Positions 1-7,759 of a stretch of 54,618 nt of DNA are shown piece after piece. The stretch lies in IMG/VR virus record IMGVR_UViG_3300027790_000003, positions 1 through 54,618 of that record; one strand, written 5' to 3'. The DNA is from a virus (taxonomy: Duplodnaviria > Caudoviricetes). Each line of letters begins with the position of its first letter. Position 1 is the stretch's first letter. The position numbers were made by a program, and so were the translations under genes. The notes below the pieces were generated by a model that saw only the letters and a list, made by a program, of their open reading frames with translations, ran no database searches and was not told the origin of the DNA.

Positions 1-127
1 CCGTAGATTGGCAGACTCCAGATCGGCACCCTGTAGATTGGCAAACCGCAGGTCGGCATCCCGCAGATCGGCAAACCGCAGAACGGCACCCCGCAGATTG
101 GCAGACTCCAGATCGGCATTACTTAGA
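1..127. repeat. Terminal direct repeat (copy 1), assembly overlap indicating a circular contig
   Basis: Identical to 54492-54618; 127 nt is a typical assembler k-mer length. Confidence 0.95.
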
Positions 128-315
128 TTGTTACCCCACAGCTTAGCATTACTTAGATCGGCAGCCTTTAGATCGGCATTACTTAGATCGATAGACTCCA
201 GATCGGCAGCCCTTAGATCGGCAGCCCATTCTAGTTCTTTACGCCTATGCGCCTTCACATAGGCGTTCCAGCTTTCTGACCCTTTCCTAATCTCGTTGTA
301 ATGTTCTTGGTGCAT
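1..315 (-). CDS. Pentapeptide-repeat protein, N-terminal part (continues across the junction into 54491..54000; 268 aa total)
   Basis: ATG at 315 gives MHQEHYNEIRKGSESWNAYVKAHRRKELEWAADLRAADLESIDLSNADL..., A(D/N)Lxx repeats, open to position 1; missed by the ORF track. Confidence 0.9.
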   Translation of the reverse strand, partial: MHQEHYNEIRKGSESWNAYVKAHRRKELEWAADLRAADLESIDLSNADLKAADLSNAKLWGNNLSNADLESANLRGAVLRFADLRDADLRFANLQGADLESANLR

Positions 316-323
316 CCTTACTC

Positions 324-533
324 TCACTTCGTTAAGAATCTCTCTTCTCGTGCTTGCCGCTCATATCTCGTTTCGAGGGCTAAGCCCTGCCGGATTAACG
401 TCTTCCAGGTCGTTAGACCCTTCTTCACACAAGTGTGTGCGCGGCGATAATGTTTCCGGCAGAGCCCCCTACTGTAAACGAGCCCGTCGCATTTCTTAGG
501 TCGTTGCCTAAGACACTTGGCACTCGTTGTCAT
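324..533 (-). CDS. Small Cys/His zinc-finger-like protein
   Basis: C-x7-C...RGLC-x2-HY motif; packed in the minus-strand operon. Confidence 0.65.
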   Translation of the reverse strand: MTTSAKCLRQRPKKCDGLVYSRGLCRKHYRRAHTCVKKGLTTWKTLIRQGLALETRYERQAREERFLTK

Positions 534-535
534 GG

Positions 536-880
536 CTACACCTGGACCGGTAGTCCGTTCGACCGATTGGTCATTCCCATCTCCATCTGCGTCTCCTCGG
601 TTGACTCTTTGACCTTCCGAGGCTTCTTGCCCCCGTTGATCGCTCGAGCTTTCGCGATGGACCTCTCCGTCGTCGAGAGGATGTCAACCACGACGTCCGC
701 CGAGTCAACGAGATGTTCACCAATGGCCTCAGCACACTCGAGCGCATGTTCAGGATCCGTAATGTTTTCTTGCAGTTCCTCCAAGATGAGGATCGCGAAC
801 TCGTGACCCTTCGCCGCGTCGAGCTTGTCGAAGACCTTTCCGTCGCTCGTCTTAAACGAGCTTGTGCGCTCGATACTCAT
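536..880 (-). CDS. Hypothetical phage protein
   Basis: FKTSDGKVF N-terminal motif common in phage proteins; tight operon spacing. Confidence 0.7.
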   Translation of the reverse strand: MSIERTSSFKTSDGKVFDKLDAAKGHEFAILILEELQENITDPEHALECAEAIGEHLVDSADVVVDILSTTERSIAKARAINGGKKPRKVKESTEETQMEMGMTNRSNGLPVQV

Positions 881-881
881 C

Positions 882-1442
882 TTAGTATGCCTCCCCGGCT
901 CGATCGGTCTTCGCCTTCGGCTTCTCCACCGAGAACTTGAACTTCTGATCGATGATCGGTGTCCCGTCCTCCCGGCTCTTCCCGGCGTTCTTGGTCGAGA
1001 AAGAGATGTAGATCTCCTTACCGATCAGCTTGGGGATCGTCCGAATCAAGGTGGTGACCTTCGGGTCCTCATCAATGAGACCGCAATCCTTCAACAGTCT
1101 CGCGACCGCTCTTCCATCGATCTCACAGGAACGTTTCCGTTTGTCCGACGAGGGGATAAGTGACCAAGGCCATCGAGGGCTCCAACTATGCCCCGGCGCT
1201 AGAGGATTCCCCTTCGTGTCCTCCACCTCTTCGAGGAACTCGAAGACAGGGGTAGCGGCGAAACCGTCATCAGTCCCTCCTTCACCTCCACAAAGGATGC
1301 TGGCGATCTTCGCCTTCACGGTGACATTGTTGAACTGTGGGATCGTCGTTGCGACTACCACGTCCTCGTTTTTGTCGATTAGGCCCGCCGCCTTCTCGAA
1401 TGCTTCTGTGTCTACTGCGTTACTTACTGGTGCTTCACTCAT
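882..1442 (-). CDS. Putative single-stranded DNA-binding protein
   Basis: Acidic 186-aa protein directly downstream of exonuclease and AAA ATPase (Exo-Sak4-SSB synteny); function inferred from position. Confidence 0.45.
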   Translation of the reverse strand: MSEAPVSNAVDTEAFEKAAGLIDKNEDVVVATTIPQFNNVTVKAKIASILCGGEGGTDDGFAATPVFEFLEEVEDTKGNPLAPGHSWSPRWPWSLIPSSDKRKRSCEIDGRAVARLLKDCGLIDEDPKVTTLIRTIPKLIGKEIYISFSTKNAGKSREDGTPIIDQKFKFSVEKPKAKTDRAGEAY

Positions 1443-1489
1443 ATGTATGTGTTTGTTGTTTCGTTTTGTTGTTTCCGAGCAAACGCGCT

Positions 1490-2290
1490 CTAGAAATTCT
1501 TGTAAACCTCGTCGAAAGCCACTTTGACCTCGCCGGTCTCCTTATCGATCCACGAGAAAGGTATCCGTTGACCCTCGAGCCGAGGAACCCGGTTCCCGGC
1601 GAAAGTCCCTTCGTTCGCGGAGCAGAAGCTCAGGTAATTGATCCCGTCAGATCCCCGATACAGGTAGCCAATAGCATCCGCGAACCCTGCGGAAATCTCC
1701 CGCACCTTCCCGGTGAGTGCGAGATCTTGAATCTGAACCTCTTTTGAGTTCTTCTCGATATACTTGTCCCTCATGCTCGCGAAGAAGATATTGTATTTCG
1801 AGCCCCCTAGAGCCGAGTTCCAGATCGCTTTGAACTTCTGTCTCAAATAGAGATACCCGCTCCCCTTCGGCAATTCGAGAACGCTATCCCCCTCGAAGTT
1901 CTTCCCCTGGACGGTGTCCTTATAATGCGCGGTAGCCCAACGCTCGGCCCACTCCTCAAGATTGTCGAGCTTGTCGTGAATAATGAAGTCAAACCGAGGT
2001 GTCTCTTCACGTCCGAGTTCCTCGCAAAGCTCGCGGATATACTGGATTCGGGAGATCTTCTCCTTGTTGCTTCTATTCAGCTCGGTGACCTTCTTGATCA
2101 CGTCGACCCGAAGCCCTTCTTGGCAACCGCCCCCGCTTTCGTAGTCGAGCCACAAGGCCCGCTTCTCCCGAGTGATCCAAGCCGCAATAGCGCTCTTCCC
2201 GATCTTGTAATTCCCGTAGATTAGTAGGGTCTTCGGATTGTCGACTCCTCCTTCTTCAATCCCGGTTGGTAAGCTATCGAGTAGGCTCAT
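1490..2290 (-). CDS. AAA-family P-loop ATPase (Sak4-like recombinase)
   Basis: LLIYGNYKIGKS Walker A, LDYESG, FIIHD Walker B, ADAIGYL. Confidence 0.85.
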   Translation of the reverse strand: MSLLDSLPTGIEEGGVDNPKTLLIYGNYKIGKSAIAAWITREKRALWLDYESGGGCQEGLRVDVIKKVTELNRSNKEKISRIQYIRELCEELGREETPRFDFIIHDKLDNLEEWAERWATAHYKDTVQGKNFEGDSVLELPKGSGYLYLRQKFKAIWNSALGGSKYNIFFASMRDKYIEKNSKEVQIQDLALTGKVREISAGFADAIGYLYRGSDGINYLSFCSANEGTFAGNRVPRLEGQRIPFSWIDKETGEVKVAFDEVYKNF

Positions 2291-2562
2291 TCGTTCTCCC
2301 CTCCGTTGCCGAGGCCCGGTGTATTCTCGACGATGTCGAGAAATTCTTGTGTTGTCATTTCGGAAGCGAGACTCGCTAAAGCTCCGAGGCCTCGGACGCG
2401 CTGGTTCGCCATGATAGCCTCTGTAAGATCATCGGAATCGACATCTGACTCATAAAACTTTACGAGATCGTGGATCTCAGTCGCAAAGACAGCCGTGAGT
2501 TTCTGGATAACCTTTTCGAGACTTCTGATACGCTCTTCGTGGTCGGTTTCGTTTAGTTTCAT
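2287..2562 (-). CDS. Hypothetical protein
   Basis: 91-aa ORF with ATGA overlap to the ATPase gene; promoter immediately upstream. Confidence 0.7.
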   Translation of the reverse strand: MKLNETDHEERIRSLEKVIQKLTAVFATEIHDLVKFYESDVDSDDLTEAIMANQRVRGLGALASLASEMTTQEFLDIVENTPGLGNGGENE

Positions 2563-2568
2563 ATTTTA

Positions 2569-2597
2569 ACCTTAGTCTACTTTGTCACCGTTGTCAA
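2569..2597 (-). promoter_or_regulatory. Sigma70-like promoter, probably leaderless
   Basis: TTGACA-17nt-TAAGGT, ending 6 nt before ATG 2562. Confidence 0.7.
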
Positions 2598-3550
2598 ACA
2601 GTGGTCTGTTTGTCCTTGAAGCTCTGCGTTCCAAGCCACTTGAGCTTGTCCTCATCCTTGTCGTTGTCACACACATCGTAATAGGGACACCGTGTCGGCC
2701 ATACGCATGAGCGGGGAGCGCCCGTCATCGCGGCGTGGTCCTCTTTGAGGCAATTCTCGAGGAAATCCCTCGATACGTTTAGCACATCATCACACTGCCG
2801 TTCAATCTCCAGGTCCGAATAGGTTAGATTGAACCTCTCGAAGACCTCCCGAGGGAGACTCTTAGGGGTGACTCGCGAAAGAGGCTTCCGGCAGACGATT
2901 AGATCGACAACAACATCGCGGATCTTCTGGCGGTAGACCTCCGAGAAAAGCCAACAGTAAAGCTTGAACTGCACGCTCATCTTATACTCGTAAAACTTAT
3001 GCTCAGTCCGGTCACTCTTCGAGGTCTTTGTGTCCTTGACACACAAGTTGCCGGTGTCGCGGTCTCGCCATATCCCGTCCGCGATCCCTTGCACGCGGAT
3101 CGTGACCTCGCGTTCGTCGAGGGTGCCTCGCCAAAGCACGACCTTCCCTAGCTCGCGGACCTCCCGCACTTCAGAGCCGACTGTCTCGAAGCGGGTATTG
3201 TCGTCGGCGTAATGTTGAGCGTAGAGCCCTGCGAGTTCTTTCGCTCGACCGCTATGACGGTATTCCTCATCGGGGAGGTCGAACTTGGCATACTCCGCCT
3301 CGATATAATTCTCGATCTCCGAGAGTAACTCTTTCGGATCCTTATCGAAGCCTCGTTGCCGGATGTCGAGCGATCCATGAAGGATTCGACCGAATTGCTG
3401 ATCGAAGTTCGAGTAATCGGGGACTCGACGGAAACCGACGTTCCACAAGCCTTTCTGAAAGCACTCTTGGATCGTGCCAAAGCTCGACGGTGAGAGTGTG
3501 AGTGTATCGTTCTCGTAGACTTCTTTGAATGCGTCTTCGCTAGTGATCAT
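2594..3550 (-). CDS. PD-(D/E)XK exonuclease (Cas4/RecB-like)
   Basis: LSPSS, FGRILHG, VGSE, GIADG, KDTKTS, QFKLY motifs and C-terminal C-x5-CPYYDVC. Confidence 0.85.
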   Translation of the reverse strand: MITSEDAFKEVYENDTLTLSPSSFGTIQECFQKGLWNVGFRRVPDYSNFDQQFGRILHGSLDIRQRGFDKDPKELLSEIENYIEAEYAKFDLPDEEYRHSGRAKELAGLYAQHYADDNTRFETVGSEVREVRELGKVVLWRGTLDEREVTIRVQGIADGIWRDRDTGNLCVKDTKTSKSDRTEHKFYEYKMSVQFKLYCWLFSEVYRQKIRDVVVDLIVCRKPLSRVTPKSLPREVFERFNLTYSDLEIERQCDDVLNVSRDFLENCLKEDHAAMTGAPRSCVWPTRCPYYDVCDNDKDEDKLKWLGTQSFKDKQTTV

Positions 3551-3553
3551 AGG

Positions 3554-3691
3554 TTAATCTTCCTCTTTCTGTTTGTGTGTGCGCTTGTAATTGTTCGAGT
3601 TGACTCGATTATCCCGCATCGTCTTGACGTAGTTGATTAGCGGGAGGGGCCTGAGCCTTTTGACAAGGTTCTTGAGATGGTCGTTCTTCAT
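3554..3691 (-). CDS. Small hypothetical protein (45 aa)
   Basis: MKNDHLKNLVKRL... fills the gap with ATGA overlap; below the ORF-track cutoff. Confidence 0.5.
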   Translation of the reverse strand: MKNDHLKNLVKRLRPLPLINYVKTMRDNRVNSNNYKRTHKQKEED

Positions 3692-3975
3692 GATAATAGG
3701 TCTGCGACACCGTCTTCGCGGATGTCCCAATTTGTTGTCGGGAGGGCTTCAATGAGCTGAAAGGTCGCGGGGTAGCAACTCACACAGGTGAGTTGCCTGA
3801 GCAGCTCCTCTGGATCGCTCCAACGAGCAACGAGTTTGTCTGCTGCCTCCGCCATCGCATCCCCGGGCTCATCAGCCCAAGTGAGGATTTCGGTGCCGGA
3901 GCACGCGATATATCGATAGCCTTTCTGGACTTTGACGCCGTAGCTTGTTTCTAGGAACGAGACAGGGAGTTTCAT
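3688..3975 (-). CDS. Hypothetical protein
   Basis: Probable start MKLPVSF at 3975, ATGA overlap with the upstream gene. Confidence 0.6.
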   Translation of the reverse strand: MKLPVSFLETSYGVKVQKGYRYIACSGTEILTWADEPGDAMAEAADKLVARWSDPEELLRQLTCVSCYPATFQLIEALPTTNWDIREDGVADLLS

Positions 3976-4208
3976 GGTCGATTTCCTCCGAAGTAACACA
4001 ATTCTTCTAGGAAGTGGACAAGCTCGGGGAGGGTTCCCCTGATTGGTTTTTTAATCTTGTGCCCCGCCAGGAGGTAAACACCTGAGTGTTCTTTATGAAG
4101 CCACGCGAGAGGGTGATAACCCGCCCACGCGGTAAACCATACGGGTGTAACAGGCCAGCGTTCGAGGTATAGGGTTTTGTTTTGTCGTTTCATATATTTA
4201 TCATTCAT
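3972..4208 (-). CDS. Hypothetical protein
   Basis: 78-aa ORF overlapping both neighbours. Confidence 0.55.
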   Translation of the reverse strand: MNDKYMKRQNKTLYLERWPVTPVWFTAWAGYHPLAWLHKEHSGVYLLAGHKIKKPIRGTLPELVHFLEELCYFGGNRP

Positions 4209-5046
4209 CCGTTCCGCAAAACAGTCCGCAAGATATCGAGGGTTCGGTCTTGTAGCGGCCCGCAGCCGGATCTAATTCGTCGAGGAATACCCGAATCCGT
4301 TCACCCTTAACGTATTTCTTGTTGATAGCTGCATTCAACTCTCTCTCAATCTTTGCCATACGAGCAAAAACCTCTGGGAAATCTACTCGAATTTTGTTCC
4401 AATAGCCTGATTGACCTTTAACACATCCGATGCAATTGTTGTTGCGGTAGCCTAGTTTATACATAGCGGGCAATTCGATACCCGCTTGCCTCAGCGTCTC
4501 AAAGCACCTGTCTTTGGTGTAACCCCTCTCGATAAGGGGACAACAGATAGTTCGTTCGGGGTTCTGGTGACGAAAACGAGAGAGTCTCTTGTGCTCGTCA
4601 TCGGTGTAGCCAAACACTTCACGGTCTTTAAACCAACGAATAAACTCCTCCGCAACCCGACGTTTAAGTTCGGACGTGCATCGAGCACCCCCTACTCCGA
4701 CAAGCCACCGCGTTTTGTCAAATACATCATAGATGTCCTTGTATTTCGTTGACCGAAGAATCTTAATCTCTTGCCCGAACCATACCTGACAATCGGACAG
4801 GAAACGCTTGTTGTCCTCGTGTTCGGCCCCGGTGTCTTGATAGCAAACGACGCAGTTGTCGTAAGTATCGAGAGCAAGCTTGGTGGCGACCGCACTTGCG
4901 GCACCGCAAGAGAACCAGCAAACTGTTCTATCTAATTTACGCCCAGGTCCTCTCGAGATTACGCCGCTTGAAGGGTTATCATCGTCAAGCCTTTCTCGCG
5001 TGAGGATTTCGTCTTTTGGATTAGGATCGTCGTCTTCAAATCTCAT
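4201..5046 (-). CDS. Phosphoadenosine-phosphosulfate reductase family (PP-loop) protein
   Basis: VCWFSCGAASAVA, EHEDN.RF, ARCTSELK, YRNNNCIGCVKG, C-terminal CGLFC. Confidence 0.85.
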   Translation of the reverse strand: MRFEDDDPNPKDEILTRERLDDDNPSSGVISRGPGRKLDRTVCWFSCGAASAVATKLALDTYDNCVVCYQDTGAEHEDNKRFLSDCQVWFGQEIKILRSTKYKDIYDVFDKTRWLVGVGGARCTSELKRRVAEEFIRWFKDREVFGYTDDEHKRLSRFRHQNPERTICCPLIERGYTKDRCFETLRQAGIELPAMYKLGYRNNNCIGCVKGQSGYWNKIRVDFPEVFARMAKIERELNAAINKKYVKGERIRVFLDELDPAAGRYKTEPSISCGLFCGTDE

Positions 5047-5062
5047 AATAGCCTACGTTGTA

Positions 5063-5091
5063 ACTTTAGTCTCCTTTGTAACCCGTGTCAA
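5063..5091 (-). promoter_or_regulatory. Sigma70-like promoter
   Basis: TTGACA-17nt-TAAAGT; near-copy of the 2569-2597 promoter. Confidence 0.7.
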
Positions 5092-5122
5092 GCGGGGAGG
5101 GGTCGGACCTCCGCCTCTTGAT

Positions 5123-5338
5123 TTACTTCCGTGCCTGTTTGGCGTTATCTTGGATACGCTCCTGGAGGATCCCGATGAAAGCCTCACGGGCGACGGGTGA
5201 GGGCGGTGTTTGAGTTTTCGCGAGCCAATTCTTGACGGTGCTCAAGGAAACTCCGAGGGCTTTCGAAGTCTCTTCTTGCGTCCAGCTAGTAAGAGGCTGG
5301 AGCCGTTTGAGTTCCTTGTGGAAGGTTGTTTCTGTCAT
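5123..5338 (-). CDS. Cro/C1-type helix-turn-helix regulator
   Basis: WTQEETSKALGVSLSTVKNW...P; start reassigned to MTETT at 5338. Confidence 0.8.
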   Translation of the reverse strand: MTETTFHKELKRLQPLTSWTQEETSKALGVSLSTVKNWLAKTQTPPSPVAREAFIGILQERIQDNAKQARK

Positions 5339-5463
5339 TGCGTTAATTCGTTGATGATTACCATGATGAGAAGGCCCGTGTGGATCGCGATCATGCCGAA
5401 GCAGATCAAAACGAAGCCCGTCAAGTCGGTTGGTTGGTTGTCGTTGTCGTTGTCGTTTTTCAT
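5335..5463 (-). CDS. Small membrane protein (42 aa)
   Basis: MKNDNDNDNQPTDLTGFVLICFGMIAIHTGLLIMVII; ATGA overlaps at both ends. Confidence 0.55.
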   Translation of the reverse strand: MKNDNDNDNQPTDLTGFVLICFGMIAIHTGLLIMVIINELTQ

Positions 5464-5645
5464 AGGTCGTAGCAGTCACGGCAAATGCCCTTACGTTTTC
5501 CAAAAGTCCTCACGAAACGCTCAATCGAGAGCTGTTCACCGCACTCAACACAATGGGTAAGGTAGACACCGGGAGCTTGTGGCGGCTCTGTGCGTTGACG
5601 TTGTAAAGACTTCTCCTGCTTGGGTGATGATTTCATCGCGTTCAT
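5460..5645 (-). CDS. Small zinc-finger protein
   Basis: CVEC...CRDC pairs. Confidence 0.6.
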   Translation of the reverse strand: MNAMKSSPKQEKSLQRQRTEPPQAPGVYLTHCVECGEQLSIERFVRTFGKRKGICRDCYDL

Positions 5646-6058
5646 TATTCAAAAGGGTCGCATAGGTCGACTTCGAGTTCTTCGAGCACATTACCGTCAA
5701 GGTCTTCAGGAGGACGGCACCAGATGCAGAGACCTTCGAAGCATTTTCCGGCAGTCACGATCGTTTCTCCGTAACCGAAGAGATCTTGCGCGAAGTCGGC
5801 GTCGACTATGAAGAAGCGGGTGCATTCGACGCGGCGGACGGGTAGCGAGAACGCTTCACAGGCTTCTTGAGGATCGTCGTAGGTTTCCTCGTAGCCCGGG
5901 AGGCTCCATGACGACAGCCCGTATTCAGCCCCGGCCTTTTCGAGGGCTTCCTCATAGAAATACCGCCAACGTCCACTCTCGTGAACTTTGAGCGGTCCCG
6001 ATTGAACGAGCGGGGTAATGTCTACGACGTCTTGGTAGCGTTTTCTGTTAGGTTTCAT
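5645..6058 (-). CDS. Hypothetical early protein
   Basis: Probable start MKPNRK at 6058; acidic globular ORF. Confidence 0.65.
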   Translation of the reverse strand: MKPNRKRYQDVVDITPLVQSGPLKVHESGRWRYFYEEALEKAGAEYGLSSWSLPGYEETYDDPQEACEAFSLPVRRVECTRFFIVDADFAQDLFGYGETIVTAGKCFEGLCIWCRPPEDLDGNVLEELEVDLCDPFE

Positions 6059-6107
6059 AGGTTTGCAATGTAGTTTCAAAGTCCCTGAATGTAGTTTTCG
6101 AAGTCCT

Positions 6108-6473
6108 CTACACTTTGAGGGCTCGACGCCAAGCATTGGCGGCGTTTGACTGGTTGCCGAGTAAGACTAGGGCAAGAGTGTCCATCCTATCGCGTAATGA
6201 CTCATCAGCCAAGAACGGGTAACCCCAAAGATTGCCATTTGAACGATGAAATTTAACGAGATCCCATAGAAGGCGGGAAGGAGAATCGTAACCTCCTGGG
6301 GGGCGTGTGCGGCGCCATTGTCCATTGCGAGCGCTTAGACAATTGGCGATAGCGGTAACTGCTTCTGTTCGGTCGGGTGTTTTGACGTTTCCGGCAGCGT
6401 GTAGTTTCTCGAGAGAGGGCTCGATAACGTGCATAATTGCCTCTAGGGCAAGGGCGTGCTTATTTGATTTCAT
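6108..6473 (-). CDS. Hypothetical early protein
   Basis: 121-aa ORF preceded by the A/C-rich leader motif. Confidence 0.7.
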   Translation of the reverse strand: MKSNKHALALEAIMHVIEPSLEKLHAAGNVKTPDRTEAVTAIANCLSARNGQWRRTRPPGGYDSPSRLLWDLVKFHRSNGNLWGYPFLADESLRDRMDTLALVLLGNQSNAANAWRRALKV

Positions 6474-6509
6474 GTTTGTCCTTCGTTGTGTCGGCGTGAT
6501 TGCCGAGAG

Positions 6510-6531
6510 GGTAGCCGAGCTTTCGGCTACC
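6510..6531. other. Perfect 9-bp intergenic hairpin (processing site or terminator)
   Basis: GGTAGCCGA-GCTT-TCGGCTACC; a second hairpin lies at 6491-6506. Confidence 0.5.
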
Positions 6532-6542
6532 GTGCTCGATCA

Positions 6543-7235
6543 TCATGCGTTACCTGTGGCAGCAAGGGCGGACTTGGCTTGATAGCCATGGACCGCGATT
6601 GCGATATTTTTCGCGCCTCGTTTGCTCGTTCCGCAGCACAGGCGGCATTGGTCGCAAGTCACGCCGCGCTCTGATGGGCACCAGATTTCATCCGCTGGCA
6701 AAGTTGAACCAGCGGCGCGAGTCGTAAACGTGCGTAGTCCGAGTTTTTTAGCTTTGTCGGCGTTACTAGGTTCGCAGGATGCCATTAGATATTTACCGTA
6801 TCGTTTAGCGCGAGCGGTAGACATTAAATGCCAGTCGTGGAAGTAGCCTGTCCAAGCCTTCGCGGCCTTGACGACTCTTTCGAGTTTGGCGAACGGTAGC
6901 AATGACGGGTTGCCATACGCGCCGAGACGAACGAAGCGTCCGGCGAACAGGGCGGCGTAGTCGGTCAATGCGGCGCGAGGCCGCTTACCGTTCCAGTAGG
7001 CTTTCTGAACAGCGGTTACTGTGCGTGCATTGACGTAGCAGCCTTGATTTGACGCGAGGGGGCAACCACGGCAAACGGTCTTTGCGTCACGCCCGGAGCG
7101 ACGGGCGTCACCGCAACGAGTTGTCTTGTCGACTATCCAGACTTGAGAAGCGCGGCCGTCAGAAGATATTTTGCGGTTGGTGGTACCAGTGGTGGCAATA
7201 ACGGCGAGGGTTTTTGTTTCGTGTAGGGTTTTCAT
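6543..7235 (-). CDS. Gp88-like / radical-SAM-like Fe-S protein
   Basis: CRGCPLASNQGCY, VRLGAYGNP, GYFHDW, CP...CDQCRLC; start reassigned to MKTLHE at 7235. Confidence 0.7.
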   Translation of the reverse strand: MKTLHETKTLAVIATTGTTNRKISSDGRASQVWIVDKTTRCGDARRSGRDAKTVCRGCPLASNQGCYVNARTVTAVQKAYWNGKRPRAALTDYAALFAGRFVRLGAYGNPSLLPFAKLERVVKAAKAWTGYFHDWHLMSTARAKRYGKYLMASCEPSNADKAKKLGLRTFTTRAAGSTLPADEIWCPSERGVTCDQCRLCCGTSKRGAKNIAIAVHGYQAKSALAATGNA

Positions 7236-7258
7236 TCTACAGGGCTTCGGGTTTTGGT

Positions 7259-7555
7259 CTACCTTAGTGCGGGATGATTTTTGTTGACTGCGTAAATATG
7301 ACAGTGTGCGCCTTTGATCCTCCTGATTGACGCGATCGATTCCCGGCAACGCAACGCGCGAATATTGCTAATGTCCCCTCGACGTTTCACCCATCTGGCG
7401 ACTTGTGCCCTATCTCGCTCTCGGCAGGCCCAAAAAGCGTAGGAGGCGCCACCTTCGGCTTTGCCCCAGCCTGACAGGAAGCTATCATAGCCTCCTATCA
7501 GGATCGTGTGAGTTTCGGTCTGTTCAGGTGTGCGGTCGTCTTGTATTTCGTTCAT
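7259..7555 (-). CDS. Hypothetical early protein, first gene of the leftward operon
   Basis: Start MNEIQDD at 7555; DSFLSGWGKAEGG motif. Confidence 0.7.
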   Translation of the reverse strand: MNEIQDDRTPEQTETHTILIGGYDSFLSGWGKAEGGASYAFWACRERDRAQVARWVKRRGDISNIRALRCRESIASIRRIKGAHCHIYAVNKNHPALR

Positions 7556-7595
7556 GTGTTTGTCTTTCTGTTGTGGTTTTCGGGTCTGTGGGTAA

Positions 7596-7624
7596 AAACT
7601 ACGCTGAATTGGGTAGTTTGTCAA
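7596..7624 (-). promoter_or_regulatory. Early leftward sigma70-like promoter
   Basis: TTGACA-17nt-TAGTTT at the divergence point of the two arms. Confidence 0.65.
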
Positions 7625-7759
7625 CCCGCTAGATGTGGGGGTAAGGGGGGTGAGAGGGCACAAGATGTGGTGTTTTGGCTTGATCGAGCGGGGTAAGGGG
7701 TGCATCCTAGGGGGCATGTTGGACGCAGACGGACGCAAAATGGATGCGGGGAGGACGCA

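Noticed and set aside
1-127. Biological terminal repeat
   Set aside because: Length equals a common assembly k-mer and it falls mid-gene
2594-3550. Cas4 as evidence of a CRISPR system
   Set aside because: Stand-alone phage exonuclease in a recombination module; no array
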